In this document: one piece after another, positions 22,686 through 33,729 of the stretch
Layout of the letters: every line of letters starts with the position of its first letter
Position numbering within the stretch: position 1 is the stretch's first letter
DNA from: Harriotta raleighana
Lineage: Eukaryota
Direction: 5' to 3'
Length of the DNA stretch: 64,000 bases
NCBI GenBank assembly: GCA_050575255.1
Contig: JBNZDD010013498.1
Span: 528,319-592,318, forward strand
The notes under the pieces: model-generated
What the model was told of the DNA's origin: nothing
The model's input: the letters and a program-made list of their open reading frames with translations, nothing else
Database searches by the model: none
Program-made: the position numbers and the translations under genes

Positions 22686-23120
22686 AAAAGTCTTTCTGCC
22701 AAAACTGAATTGAAAAATCCTGACCACCACAACACTCCCTCCCCACATGGTTGGAGCAATATTAGATGTTTGTTATTGTCCAACACAGACTGCCGTAATC
22801 AGGCTTATAATTATATATAGTTTTGACCACAAGGCAAAGAAAAAGGGAAAAAAATTCCAATCATTGTCCCTGTATTTCAATTTGGTATAGAACAGCGGAG
22901 AACANAAAAGTCTTTCTGCCAAAACTGAATTGAAAAATCCTGTCCACCACAACACTCCCTCCCCACATGGTTGGAGCAATATTGTTTGTTATTGTCCAAC
23001 ACAGACTGCCGTAATCAGGCTTATAATTATATATAGTTTTGACCACAAGGCAAAGAAAAAGGGAAAAAATTTCCAATCATTGTCCCTGTATTTCAATTTG
23101 GTATAGAACAGCGGAGAACA
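22686..23120. repeat. ~217-bp tandem duplicate across a single N (22905); probable assembly artefact
   Basis: 22686-22904 is nearly identical to 22906-23120, with small indels. Confidence 0.85.
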
Positions 23121-24859
23121 AGCGTAAATCAGCTTAAGAACACATTTCTGTATTCAACGCATTTCACTTTAGAGTTCCCAAATGACCTCCATCTATCTTC
23201 CTCAGCTGTAGAGGTGTGTAATTGAACCAAGGAAAGAATTGAATAATGAGTCAGAAGAGCCATAATTCAGGATGTACAGTACTGTAAAACTAATGGAATT
23301 ACAGTACTGCACATTCTGAATTACGACCAATTTGTCCAGAGAGCTCAATTCTTTAGGGGGACACTTGGAGATAACCCAGGGTTAAAAATCCAGCAGAATG
23401 GCATAAAGTAGTCGGATTCAGCTTCCCTACAGACTGAGTTCTTGAATGGTGCTATCCTGTCTGAAGCAAGTTGAAGTGAGATGGTTTCTCAGGGGGACTG
23501 AAGGGTGAATGAGTGAATCCAGCCCCACTCAAATGCACCTTAGGGTCTTTTTGGAAGTTACCATTGCCACTTTTACTCGGTATGTGAGATAATTTTGCAT
23601 CAGTTTCCTGTTAGACTGGAAGAGAACTAACTGCAGATAGGACTAGCTCCTGGCAACAAAAACTGGAGAAGGGGAAACGGTCTCAAATTTATACAAAAAT
23701 GAGCATCACAACTTTCGGAAAGAAAGGAAAGACGTGTGTTGATTTGGAATATCAAAAGTTTTTAAAGTGACGTAATGTTCATAAAAAATTGTTTCGCAAA
23801 TCTTTTCTTTCGGAAACAGACAATTTGATCTAACGTTCACTGAAAATGACAGAGGTTTTGTTCTGTGGGTATAGTAGGAAATCCTATTAAAATCATTGGA
23901 AGGAAAGTTGACCAGGGTTAGCAAACAGCAAATGTGTAAATATGGTATAAATCATGTCAAGATAAGGTCAGCACTTCACTTGTTTATCATGTCGATCTGC
24001 CCAAACACATATGGCTGGTCATGAAGACAGCAGCCTCTTCAAAACTGGAATCACCTATTAATGTTCCATGTTTAATTAATCAGCTACCCACCACACTGGA
24101 ACATAAATCCATTGGCCTTGATAATATTTAGGCCATTATATATAGAGTGAATCCTGCAAGTTACAACCTTCAATAGACTGCACATTGAAGGCTTTTACTG
24201 TATATTGTTCTTCTGCTTCCTAATACTGTACAAAGGCACAGTTGCAGGATTGAAAATCGACTGGATTTAGATTGTGACAGTTCGAATGGTCGCACAGGCA
24301 ACAGGAAGTCAATGAGCTCTCACCATAAATTGACAGAAAAATCTATTGGAGCACATATTCAGGTGAGTGGATGCTTCAAAGCCAACTGATTTTGTGGGGC
24401 CACATGTATTTAATGGTATACCATACTCCTCTGGTCTAATTTGAGATTGTGCTTCTTAATCTCTCTAGAATGAATTGAAACTAAACACACTACATTTCAG
24501 TTACAATTCTCCTACATATGAACCGCATTTTACTGAAAACTGATTTTAAACTGAAAAAGATCTTTTCATTTGACTTTAAGTCCTTCAAAAAGCTTCTGCA
24601 AACTGTTAGCATTTAAAGTTGGGCTGATCTACTTCTCGGGGATAATTGTTTAGGAATGCAATCAAAATAGTGAAGCTCAATGTGATCCTTGGACTTTTGA
24701 TCCATAATCAACTGGAGACATTAGTTTGATTACAATCACCATGGTATTTTAATCCTTTAATTTCCTACAAAGGCAACTGACAAATGTAGTCTCTGAACAA
24801 AACGGAAAATCATATTCCTTAATAATAAATATGTAACTACTTTAAAAGGTGCCAGATTG

Positions 24860-25150
24860 GTTTGTGCCTCTAATTCAGAAGGTAGTGGGTTGAAGCCATG
24901 GTCAGGATTTGAACTTACAAACCAGGACGAAGCTCCAGTGAAGTCCTGGGGGAACGCTACATTCATAGAGATGCCATCCTTCAGATGCGATGTTGAAGGA
25001 AGGTCCCATTTGCCTGACCAACAATTCCCCAGATAAAATAGATCATACGCTTCATGACTATTTGTGGGATACAACAATGTGCAAACTTGCAGCCACAATT
25101 ACACAGGCACCACACTTTCCGGAAAGTCTGTGAAGCATTTTTAGACGATC
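24860..25150 (+). mobile_element. Decayed DeuSINE (SacSINE1-like)
   Basis: gcctctaattcagaaggtagtgggttgaag head; ctccagtgaagtcctgggg...gatgccatccttcagatgcgatgttga Deu-like core; tttgtggga...tgtgcaaa..gcagcc. Confidence 0.6.
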
Positions 25151-25161
25151 TCAACATTATT

Positions 25162-25222
25162 AGCCCCTTGGGACGTCTTCCTGACGTGAAAGGCGCTACA
25201 CAAGTGTCATTTTGTTGTTGTT
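25162..25222 (+). mobile_element. L2 tail-only insertion
   Basis: agccccttgggacgtcttcctgacgtgaaaggcgctac...(GTT)n with ttatta on both sides. Confidence 0.8.
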
Positions 25223-25354
25223 ATTATAAACCTTATCAAGCACAATTTTATCATCATTATGATTATTATTCTAATCAATTGAAGATTTTTCCTATGACTT
25301 TTGCTCGAAAACTTATGTGAGTGGATCCAAGGCTTGTATGTACAGAATGGCAAA

Positions 25355-25670
25355 CTCAGGTTCTTGGTTTATTTTCTCAGCCCTGGTAGAAAACACCATA
25401 GGGTGAGCGGAATCAATTGAGCTTCCTGCTCTATATCGCTATACTGTTGGGAGAAAACCTTTTCCCTTCTGGCAGTACAATTGCACCATTTATTTAATTT
25501 TGAAACTCTGANCTCAGGTTCTTGGTTTATTTTCTCAGCTCCTGGTAGAAAACACCATAGGGTGAGCGGAATCAATCGAGCTTCCTGCTCTATATCGCTA
25601 TACTGTTGGGAGAAAACCTTTTCCCTTCTGGCAGTACAATTGCACCATTTATTTAATTTTGAAACTCTGA
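25355..25670. repeat. ~157-bp tandem duplicate across a single N (25512); probable assembly artefact
   Basis: 25355-25511 is nearly identical to 25513-25670. Confidence 0.85.
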
Positions 25671-26107
25671 CCCTAAGCGCATTACACTTAGAATTGTCCC
25701 GTTGAATTTGGAGGGGAGAGAGTTATATTAAGAAAGGTAGCTCAAATGTATTATGATGTTGTAACCTTTTTAGCTGGGAGACCAGTTTTTTTTAATCCAT
25801 GTACGTGTGTTTGATCTCTCGGTGTTCATCTGAGACCTGGTAATACTAGCAGTCTCTCCAGGGATTTTTGACAACAGGATATTTCAAAATTTGAGTCCTG
25901 ACTTCTGCAAACCAAATTAACTACATTATATTGGGAGGATCAGATGCTTATTTAAACCTATTTTGGACAATTTTTTTTCATCTTTTTAAAAGTTCAACTG
26001 CAAGTTATGAAAATAGCACAGAAAAAGAATGTACACAGCCTTACTGTGCAGTTTGTAGAGTCAACCAATATAAAAGACAAAATAAGTTTTTTCTGCATTG
26101 AAAATTA

Positions 26108-26150
26108 TCCTGACGTGAAAGGCGCTATACAAATGTAATTTTGATGTTGT
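26108..26150 (+). mobile_element. L2 tail-only insertion
   Basis: tcctgacgtgaaaggcgctatacaaatgtaattttgatgttg. Confidence 0.75.
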
Positions 26151-26310
26151 ATTGCAAAACCACACTACATATAATTCTTTCAGGTTTGAAGCATCGCCAT
26201 TCAATGAAAGAGGCTTGGAATAGGCCTAAATCCTAATCATCACTGCCTCATTAATTAAATAGCACAGCTTTCCAAGTTTAATGTGTACTGGACAACTATG
26301 TTTATGATAT

Positions 26311-26405
26311 TAATCATAATCCTTACATTAGGTTTAGTGCTTTTCACTTTGGGAGGACGTCGCAAAGCGCTTCACGGGACATATTGCAAAATGTGGTGAC
26401 TATGT
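26311..26405 (-). mobile_element. SINE/L2-type tail fragment
   Basis: ataatccttacatt...gcttttcac..gggaggacgtcgcaaagcgcttcac. Confidence 0.65.
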
Positions 26406-27040
26406 GTTAGTGAAACGCTTCAGCCAAAAAATCTCTTTCTCAAGGATGCCAAATTCATAATACCACGCTAAGCAATATTAATAGCAAATATTCACACTGG
26501 AAGAATGTAGGCGTAAGAAGCTAGCAGTAGAAACTGGACAGTACATCATAAATGAACAGTGATATGTATTAAAATTGTACAGTATTTGTAATCAGGGTTG
26601 GTAACTAAGGTTTACTAAGATGTTTCAATATTGGGAATGGAATGAGGATATTAAATATTTTCCTCACGAGACAAGTACAAACAATAGAAACTTGTTTCAT
26701 TATTTCCATTAAATCATTAAGCTAAAAGGACTTATTTAAAATGTACTCATCAGTGCTTTAAGTGTATCTATTGTTTTCATCATAAAAATTCTAATACTTT
26801 AAAGTGACATTGATTTCATCTTGAATCAAATACGCTATTTACTTGCCAAGGGATATCTCAGTTCTACTTGGCATCTCTGAGAGAAATTTGCATGAACTTA
26901 TCAGTGGGTTTGCGATCACTGCCGAGAACTGTCTGATCAAAAGACATTTGCTTACCAGCATCCATGTTTTTTTTCCAAGATGTGCAAACTATTCTATGGC
27001 AAACAGTGAATGGATTACGCTGCATCCTGTCTTTAGCATC

Positions 27041-27412
27041 CCAGCGCCTTGGGGCATCCTTCCGACGTGAATAATATTAATAATAATCCTTGCATTTGAT
27101 ATAGCACTTTTCATGTCTTCTAAACGTCTCAAAGCTCTTCACAGAATATACTGCAAAGTGAATTGCCTGTATACATGTGGGCGAAACATGGCAGCCAATT
27201 GCATACAGCAGTGTCCCACAAACAGTCGTGGATTGAAGTGACCAATTTTTTTTGAGGGATTATTATTGGGCATGTGGAGTAGGGAAACCTGCCCATGGTT
27301 TTGCCCTGCTTGGAATTGAACCCAGGTCTCTCGCTTGTAAGTCGAGTGCTCTAACCACTGAGCTACAGGATTATAGTGATAGGCACTATACAAATGCAAT
27401 TTTATTGTTGTT
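27041..27412 (+). mobile_element. L2 tail split in two (27041-27070 and 27376-27412) by an inserted SINE
   Basis: cagcgccttggggcatccttccgacgtga | gtgataggcactatacaaatgcaattttattgttg rejoin into the tail consensus. Confidence 0.7.
27071..27370 (-). mobile_element. Full-length SINE family A
   Basis: Minus strand tcctgtagctcagtggttagagcactcgacttacaagcgagagacctgggttcaattcc through to the (ATT)n tail. Confidence 0.92.
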
Positions 27413-28244
27413 TATTTGTGGCTTGCTCTCTATTTGCTGCTCTTAATGCAGTTAGTTTCAAAAGAGCACAACGCATTAATATTATATTGTCCACAATGTG
27501 AATGATTAAACAGATTCTAATGCTTGTTTAGCTGCATTCTAGATGGTGTTTATTCAGACATCATGCACAAGATAAATAGACATGGATTAAGTGTGTATAA
27601 GGAGAGGTGAAAATAATTTAGTGTGGTTGCCTGCCAGACTGCTGTCGTTTCTAAATTGCCTGGAGCTGCTTGATTTGGGCAACATACAACATGAAAGGTT
27701 TAACCCACTCGTATTTAAATAGACCTGATAGTTCTCCAGCTGGGGTTCATTTAAGCTTTTGTGACTAAAAGATGATTACATTTTGTGACCAGTTTTAAGA
27801 AAGAAATAAAAGGCCTATAAATGAGAAGTTAATGATGGAAAGCCCTGTCCGACTGTAAAAATCAATTAACTGAATCTAAGAAGTACTCAAACTAATGTCC
27901 TTCTGAAGGGCCTGGAACCATTCAGTGTGTGTGGAACCTAAAGACTGCGCTTGCTGTAATGTAGACATCTGCATTGTTTGGAGTATTTTGTTGATTTTGA
28001 CAAAAGTCTGCAGCCCTTTCAGCTAAGCAATGGAGTCCTGGAAGAAACTCATTGCTCGTGCTTCTGGTTTCACTTTGCATTAATCATGGGGGAGGGGGGG
28101 GAAGGGAAAAACATATCTAGTTGGAAACATAAATGAAAATAAGTATATGTTGATTTATCAGTTGTGAGTTCAACTGGTTAATGAAAATATATCGTTTGAA
28201 CAAAAAAAGGGATTTTGAGCAGAGATTGGTCAGAAACTGAAATA

Positions 28245-28950
28245 GATCATAAAAATGTAGAGAGTGTTTAGCCCACCAAGCCTGCTCCTTCCACACACAA
28301 AATCTACCCTATTATAGATTCTACTGACCTTTATTCAATACGCTGAGGCAAAGTTCTATAAAAATTGTCTATGGACCCTGCAGAATCCATAATATTCATC
28401 CACTGTAATGTTTAACATCGATATGCACCGCTCCCCTATATGAAGATCACAGGAGATCCTGTGCAGTCCTTAATTATCTCCATTGCATACGAGCCATGTC
28501 ACCTCCAATCCTGTGCCCAACCAGATACTGTATTTATCTGGTTTAATTCACTATATTTATCCACCTCCAGTTTGTGACAGAGATAATTAACTGAATTGCT
28601 TTTTCCAGTTTTACAACTCTTGTTTAAAAAAAATCTAATTTGTAGTTCCACTTGAAGCTTGTTAATGTTAAATCAGTGTGCTGTTTCTGTAAGCAATTTG
28701 ATTACACAAACAATGGGCCTTCAGCAGATTTAGACTCAAATTAAGTCTCCCTCCCTCAATCGTTGCTTTTCCGGTGGGAATAGCTATACTGTGCTGTGCA
28801 AGTCTCTGCTCAGAAAATAGAAGCCAAACTTCCTATTCTGTGCTTTTCTGTAATCCACACTGATGCAACCATGTTTCTAAGGTGAAATACCTTTAATTGC
28901 ACACAGTATTCAAAATGTGGCTTCAGTACTGTTCGGTACAAAATCACAGA
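28245..28950 (-). mobile_element. Ancient CR1 relic
   Basis: aattgcacacagtattcaaaatgtggc is the reverse of RPHFEYCVQL (CR1 RPxLEYCVQF motif); tttagcccaccaagcctgctc UTR-like end. Confidence 0.6.
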
Positions 28951-30292
28951 CATATCAAATGCTTTTCAGATATTTCATTAAATGTGTTGATAACAATTTC
29001 ATACCGACTAACTGAAAAACTTCAGTGAATCAGCAGCAATCTCACCCAAATCCTTCTCCTTCTCCGTTTTTGCTAATTGGCATCCCTTCCTCGTGAATAT
29101 ATAAATTCTGTGAAACCCTTTGAGACCTCCTACTCTTGCCATGGAAGTTACTATATCATCTTCTATTTATTTATAGATTGATCATCGAGGGTACTGGAGT
29201 TAACAAATATAAAGTCAATAGAAACTTTTGATAAGGTGCAAAAGCATGAGGTAAAAGAGCTACGGAATAGTGGACATATTTAAAGTAGATAAATACAAAG
29301 TAATGTATCTCAGAGCTCCAGTGATCGATGTTTGGGGGGAGATTTCAGTTCTATTTTAATCCTGTGAGATAATATCCTATTCCCATGAGTAGGTCGATAG
29401 TGCTTTTGTGATTTTGGAGTAATTGCAGGGTTACTGATTAAATAAATACCCAAATGAGATGCTGTTAATGATATATATGTATTTGCAATCTCCCATGTTC
29501 AATATAATGTATAACATTATAATTTTACAATAGAGAATTTAGAGATTATCTTGATCTCTTTTCACTATTGTTGTTTCTTTGCTTAATAAAGTAAAAGACA
29601 GAACTATTTTCTTGTGATACTGTCAAACCTCCTCTGCAATACAGATGATTTCAACTTTGCACCATGTTATGTCTGACTGGTTTATAAATGTGCAGTTGTA
29701 ACTTTCATTGGTTTAGACTTCCTTGCTGGCTCCTGACCTTATACACAAATTAAATCAAGCCCTGTCAATTCTCCAAACACAACATAAATATCAAATCAAT
29801 TTCGACTTTTTTGTTCAATTGCAGTTTCATACCAGAGTTTTCAGTTTCACGTTATATAGGCTGGGAATTTATATTCTTTGGGTTGTTGATTTTATTAATG
29901 CTGTGATTACATTTAATGTGGGAGTCACATTTTCTTGCTGTTCTCCAATTGAGAGTGGCTTGTATTTTCACCTGCATTGGCACTGGCATAGCTCTACCAG
30001 ATCTTACTGCTGACATGCATTCCAACAGAAAATTGATATGCTTAGACTAGGCTTGTATGGGAGTGGAATGGTGCTAATTACAGCATTTAAATTAGCTGTA
30101 AATTTGCTTTCTTCTGTTCTGTATTGCTCAATCCATCATCTCCATAACAGCATAGAGCAAAAAAAGAATGCTTTGAGCAACGGTAAATATATAGGTGATT
30201 CTTATGTATTTACGGTTAATGCAGATTTGATGTAAGGGTGTCATAACCTTTAAATAAAAGTATAAATATCATTGAAGTTTGGTAGATAGATG

Positions 30293-30409
30293 TTTTGCCC
30301 ACAAAATATACAGTAAATTAACGTTACAATATATTCTGTGAAGCACTTTGAGACGCCCCAAAGTCATGATAAGGCGCTATATCAAACAATTGCAAAGATT
30401 ATTATTATT
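30293..30409 (+). mobile_element. SINE family A 3' tail
   Basis: gcccacaaaatatacag...atattctgtgaagcactttgagacg...ggcgctatatcaaa. Confidence 0.8.
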
Positions 30410-31115
30410 TCCTTTGTTAAAAAGAATGTTATTTTTATTTTTGCTCCACTTCCCTCCTCATGGAGGAGCCCTGTTTTAATGTGCTGATTATCACAGCACA
30501 TACTGCATTTGTTTTTCTCCTCTTATTTCTTTACTTCTCTCAAACCCATCGAGTTTTTATCAAACCATATTTGAGGAGTCATGATATGTTTAAATTGTTG
30601 CATTTCAATGAGAACTGAGATTTGCAGTTCACACTCGCAGTTCACTCTCAATGTTCTGTAACCATACAGCAAGTGAAAAATCACAGTTTTTTTAAATGGG
30701 ATGTTTTGCTCGTTTATATTTCAGGCCTAATCCATTCCCTGTATTTTCCTAAATGCTATTCAACACTAGTTGATGAACATCCCAGCAAAAATGAGTTGAA
30801 GCAGATTCGAAAAACCTTCTGCAGCATTGAAAGCAAATTTGGAATGAGCACTCTTCCTGCTGTGCATACCGTAGGGAACTTGCATTGTGTTGTGGACTTT
30901 TCATAGATATGCTTGTTTAAAATCCTTGTGTCAGCAAACTGCAGAAAGCAGTAGCAAGTATATGTATAGTTAAATATATAGTGGCAGGAATTTGAATGCC
31001 ATTTATTCTAAAATCATGAGTATAATCAATGTTTTCTGTTTTTAGTTAGTTATTTTACATTATTGTTTCAAGTCGTTTTTCCCATTGACCCCCGTCCGCC
31101 CTCCGCAATCTCGCC

Positions 31116-31129
31116 AGGTCACTAGGTCA
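31116..31129 (+). promoter_or_regulatory. Perfect DR2 nuclear-receptor element AGGTCA-CT-AGGTCA (candidate RARE or RevDR2)
   Basis: Exact consensus match in non-repeat sequence; function not shown. Confidence 0.45.
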
Positions 31130-31629
31130 CAATTTCGCCAGCCACACCAAAACTGACTGCTAGAAAATGCACTAAAATGCTTGGGAATGACTGTTCTTTT
31201 ACTTCCTCCTCTCTCTCTCCCCCACCCCCTGTCAACTCATTGGAATGGTTTGTTCACATGCGTTGCATCCCCAAATCTCCATAATGACTCACTTGAGATT
31301 GGGAATTTAGAAGCATATAGGATTCATCTGCTACTACTGTATTCAGCAGCAACATTTCAAATCACTGCTTGCTGTTTTTTGTTTATTATAAATTCACAAG
31401 TTGTCATTTAAGTATCTGTGACCTATATAATGTAAATCTTGAGAACATTGATACCTAAACCTACACAAGGATAACTTAAAACCAATGCCTTCCAGTGTAT
31501 TTAAATAAAAGCTGTCACTACTTCTTGAATTTATCTAATATGTTATGTCATTATTAATGATAGACAATATATTTTTATCAGTTTGGTGATATTTGTGCTG
31601 ATGTTACGGCCTTCTAATATTTTGTTTCT

Positions 31630-31732
31630 AATACAATCAATTTGCTTTTCAGTGCATTCTGTAGAGCATTTGAGATGCCTAGAAGACGTGAAAAGCGATA
31701 TATCAAATGCAAGGTTTATAGTTATATTATTA
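31630..31732 (+). mobile_element. SINE family A 3' tail
   Basis: tttgagatgcctagaagacgtgaaaagcgatatatcaaatgcaagg. Confidence 0.8.
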
Positions 31733-32528
31733 GTTTTTGTTCTTGAACATTTTGATGATTTCTATGAAGTACTTTCTTTGCACAGTACTGTATCACATAT
31801 AAGGATCATTATCTTTCTTCATCTGTTATCACTCTAAGTTACCTCCAAAGTATTTTGACCAGATCTGATAATATACATTTAGAAACAATTTACATCTCAT
31901 AGTCTTTCAGTAAGGTTTGGTCATGTAGAGCTCGTTTCCTCCTGTCATTGCTGAAATTGGTCCTTTGAGTCATTGCCATAAATTCAGGGATTCCCCAGTA
32001 ATACTAATGTTCCCAAAGCATTAACTGTACCCGGGTAAGCCCCAGCTGCGGATATGCACAAACCCTGGATCTATCTAGTTGAGCACAGGATACTATTAGA
32101 TAAAGATTTGACCTATGTCACAATACATCATCTCACACAACCTAGGAGATCAATAATGATTAATATGTTATCCTAATACTTCCGCAGTGACTAATCGGAT
32201 AATTTTATTTTACACGTGTGTTTAGTTGAAACATTTTGTTTTGAGGATCACAAGGTATCTCTTCACAAAAGAAAAAAAAATTGTTTACTAATCATTTTAT
32301 TTGAAAACCTTTAAATGGTAACCCGAGTTTCTCCGTCTCTTCAAAAGTAAATATTCTGCAATTTGGATGAAAACTCTGGCTCAAGGAATTTTCAAGAAAA
32401 AAACCACACAGAATACAGTAGTTGCTTGATCACCAAATGTTACATTTCCCCCTCAAACATCTGATGTGAATTTGATTTATACAATAGGGAGCTACTGGAT
32501 CATGGTAACATCAGCTTTAAATTGCCTG

Positions 32529-32645
32529 ATAATAATAATAATAATAATCCTTGCATTTGATACAGCGCTTTTCACATCTTATCGATGTCCCAAATTCTGC
32601 TTCACAGAATATACTGTAAAGCGAATTGACTGTATATTGTGGACG
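32529..32645 (-). mobile_element. SINE family A 3' tail
   Basis: (AAT)n ccttgcatttgatacagcgcttttcac...gcttcacagaatatactgtaaag. Confidence 0.85.
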
Positions 32646-32914
32646 GAATCAGGAGCCTGGTGATTACGTTCTAATGAGGTCTTTGAGGAGCTTGTAGAAT
32701 AAAGCATCTTAGACTCCTAAAAAAAAAAGGCCATTCTTGTAATAATATTTGTGAATGCAACACATATATCCACCAATTGGGAACAAATTTATGTGACACA
32801 CTCAAAGGTTTTCAATAAACTCGACTATGAGCCATTCAGTCAGCAAAGGCTGATTTCAGTCACCATCTGTCCACTGCATTAGTGAACACTAAAGGACTCA
32901 TCTTGGTGAGAGAC

Positions 32915-33370
32915 ATGTCCCTTGGGTAAGTGCTTCATGAACATGAACCTAAGCAATAAAGGATATGTAGCATTACCAGTTTAGATAATGGAATTGCAAC
33001 CACCTCACCCACAACAGATTCTTACAATCATAAAAGAATGAGGTGAAAGGGTTAGTTATAGGCATGTATCTGCAAATGAATCAATGTAGCTACTCATACA
33101 TTAGATTCTGTGCCTTTTTTTAGACACATTTGTATTTATTTTATTGTATTTACACTACAAAATATAATTTTCCAGAGTCAGAGGAGGGTCAAATGCTGGA
33201 ACGAGTACAGACTTGGCAGAGGTTACCAGGAACTGGTTGATTTACACCTCCCAACCTTGAGTTCTTGAGGCCAATTGAAGGCAATCGTTGTCCCGATTGA
33301 GATCAGTAAACTGAACAGACTGGGTCTTCAATCCGCGACCTTCTGGGCTCTATGTATTTGTGTCGTTTTA
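32915..33370 (-). mobile_element. AmnSINE2-like relic (5' part at 33225-33370 is clearest)
   Basis: Minus strand cagaaggtcgcggattg...tttactgatctcaa...caattggcctcaag...gggaggtgtaaatcaaccagttcctg. Confidence 0.5.
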
Positions 33371-33639
33371 GACACTGCTTTTATCGACATGTCCATTATG
33401 AAAGATTTAACCCTTGTGTTGCATTCACAAAAATGATGTGTATTCCGATCAGGAATCGGGTGGAGTTCTGAGCATTGCATGGGTAGAGCTGTGACCAGAG
33501 CTGTGTGCAATGCAAAATATTTGTTTTCCCCATCATTAACCATGACGTCTTGGTGTTTGATTTCTTTGAATTATAGTATGGTGTCAAAATGCATTATTTA
33601 ATAATAGATTCATGTGCATTATCTGCCCTGACTGGCAAA

Positions 33640-33729
33640 CAAAAAATATACAGCCAATTTAGTGTATTCTACAAAGTTCTTTGAGATGTCTCAAAGACGT
33701 GATAAGGCGCTATATCAAATGCAAGGATT
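33640..33729 (+). mobile_element. SINE family A 3' tail
   Basis: ctttgagatgtctcaaagacgtgataaggcgctatatcaaatgcaaggatt. Confidence 0.8.

Noticed and set aside
22140-28106. G-quadruplex-capable tracts at 22140-22160 (minus) and 28088-28106 (plus)
   Set aside because: Isolated low-complexity tracts with no supporting context
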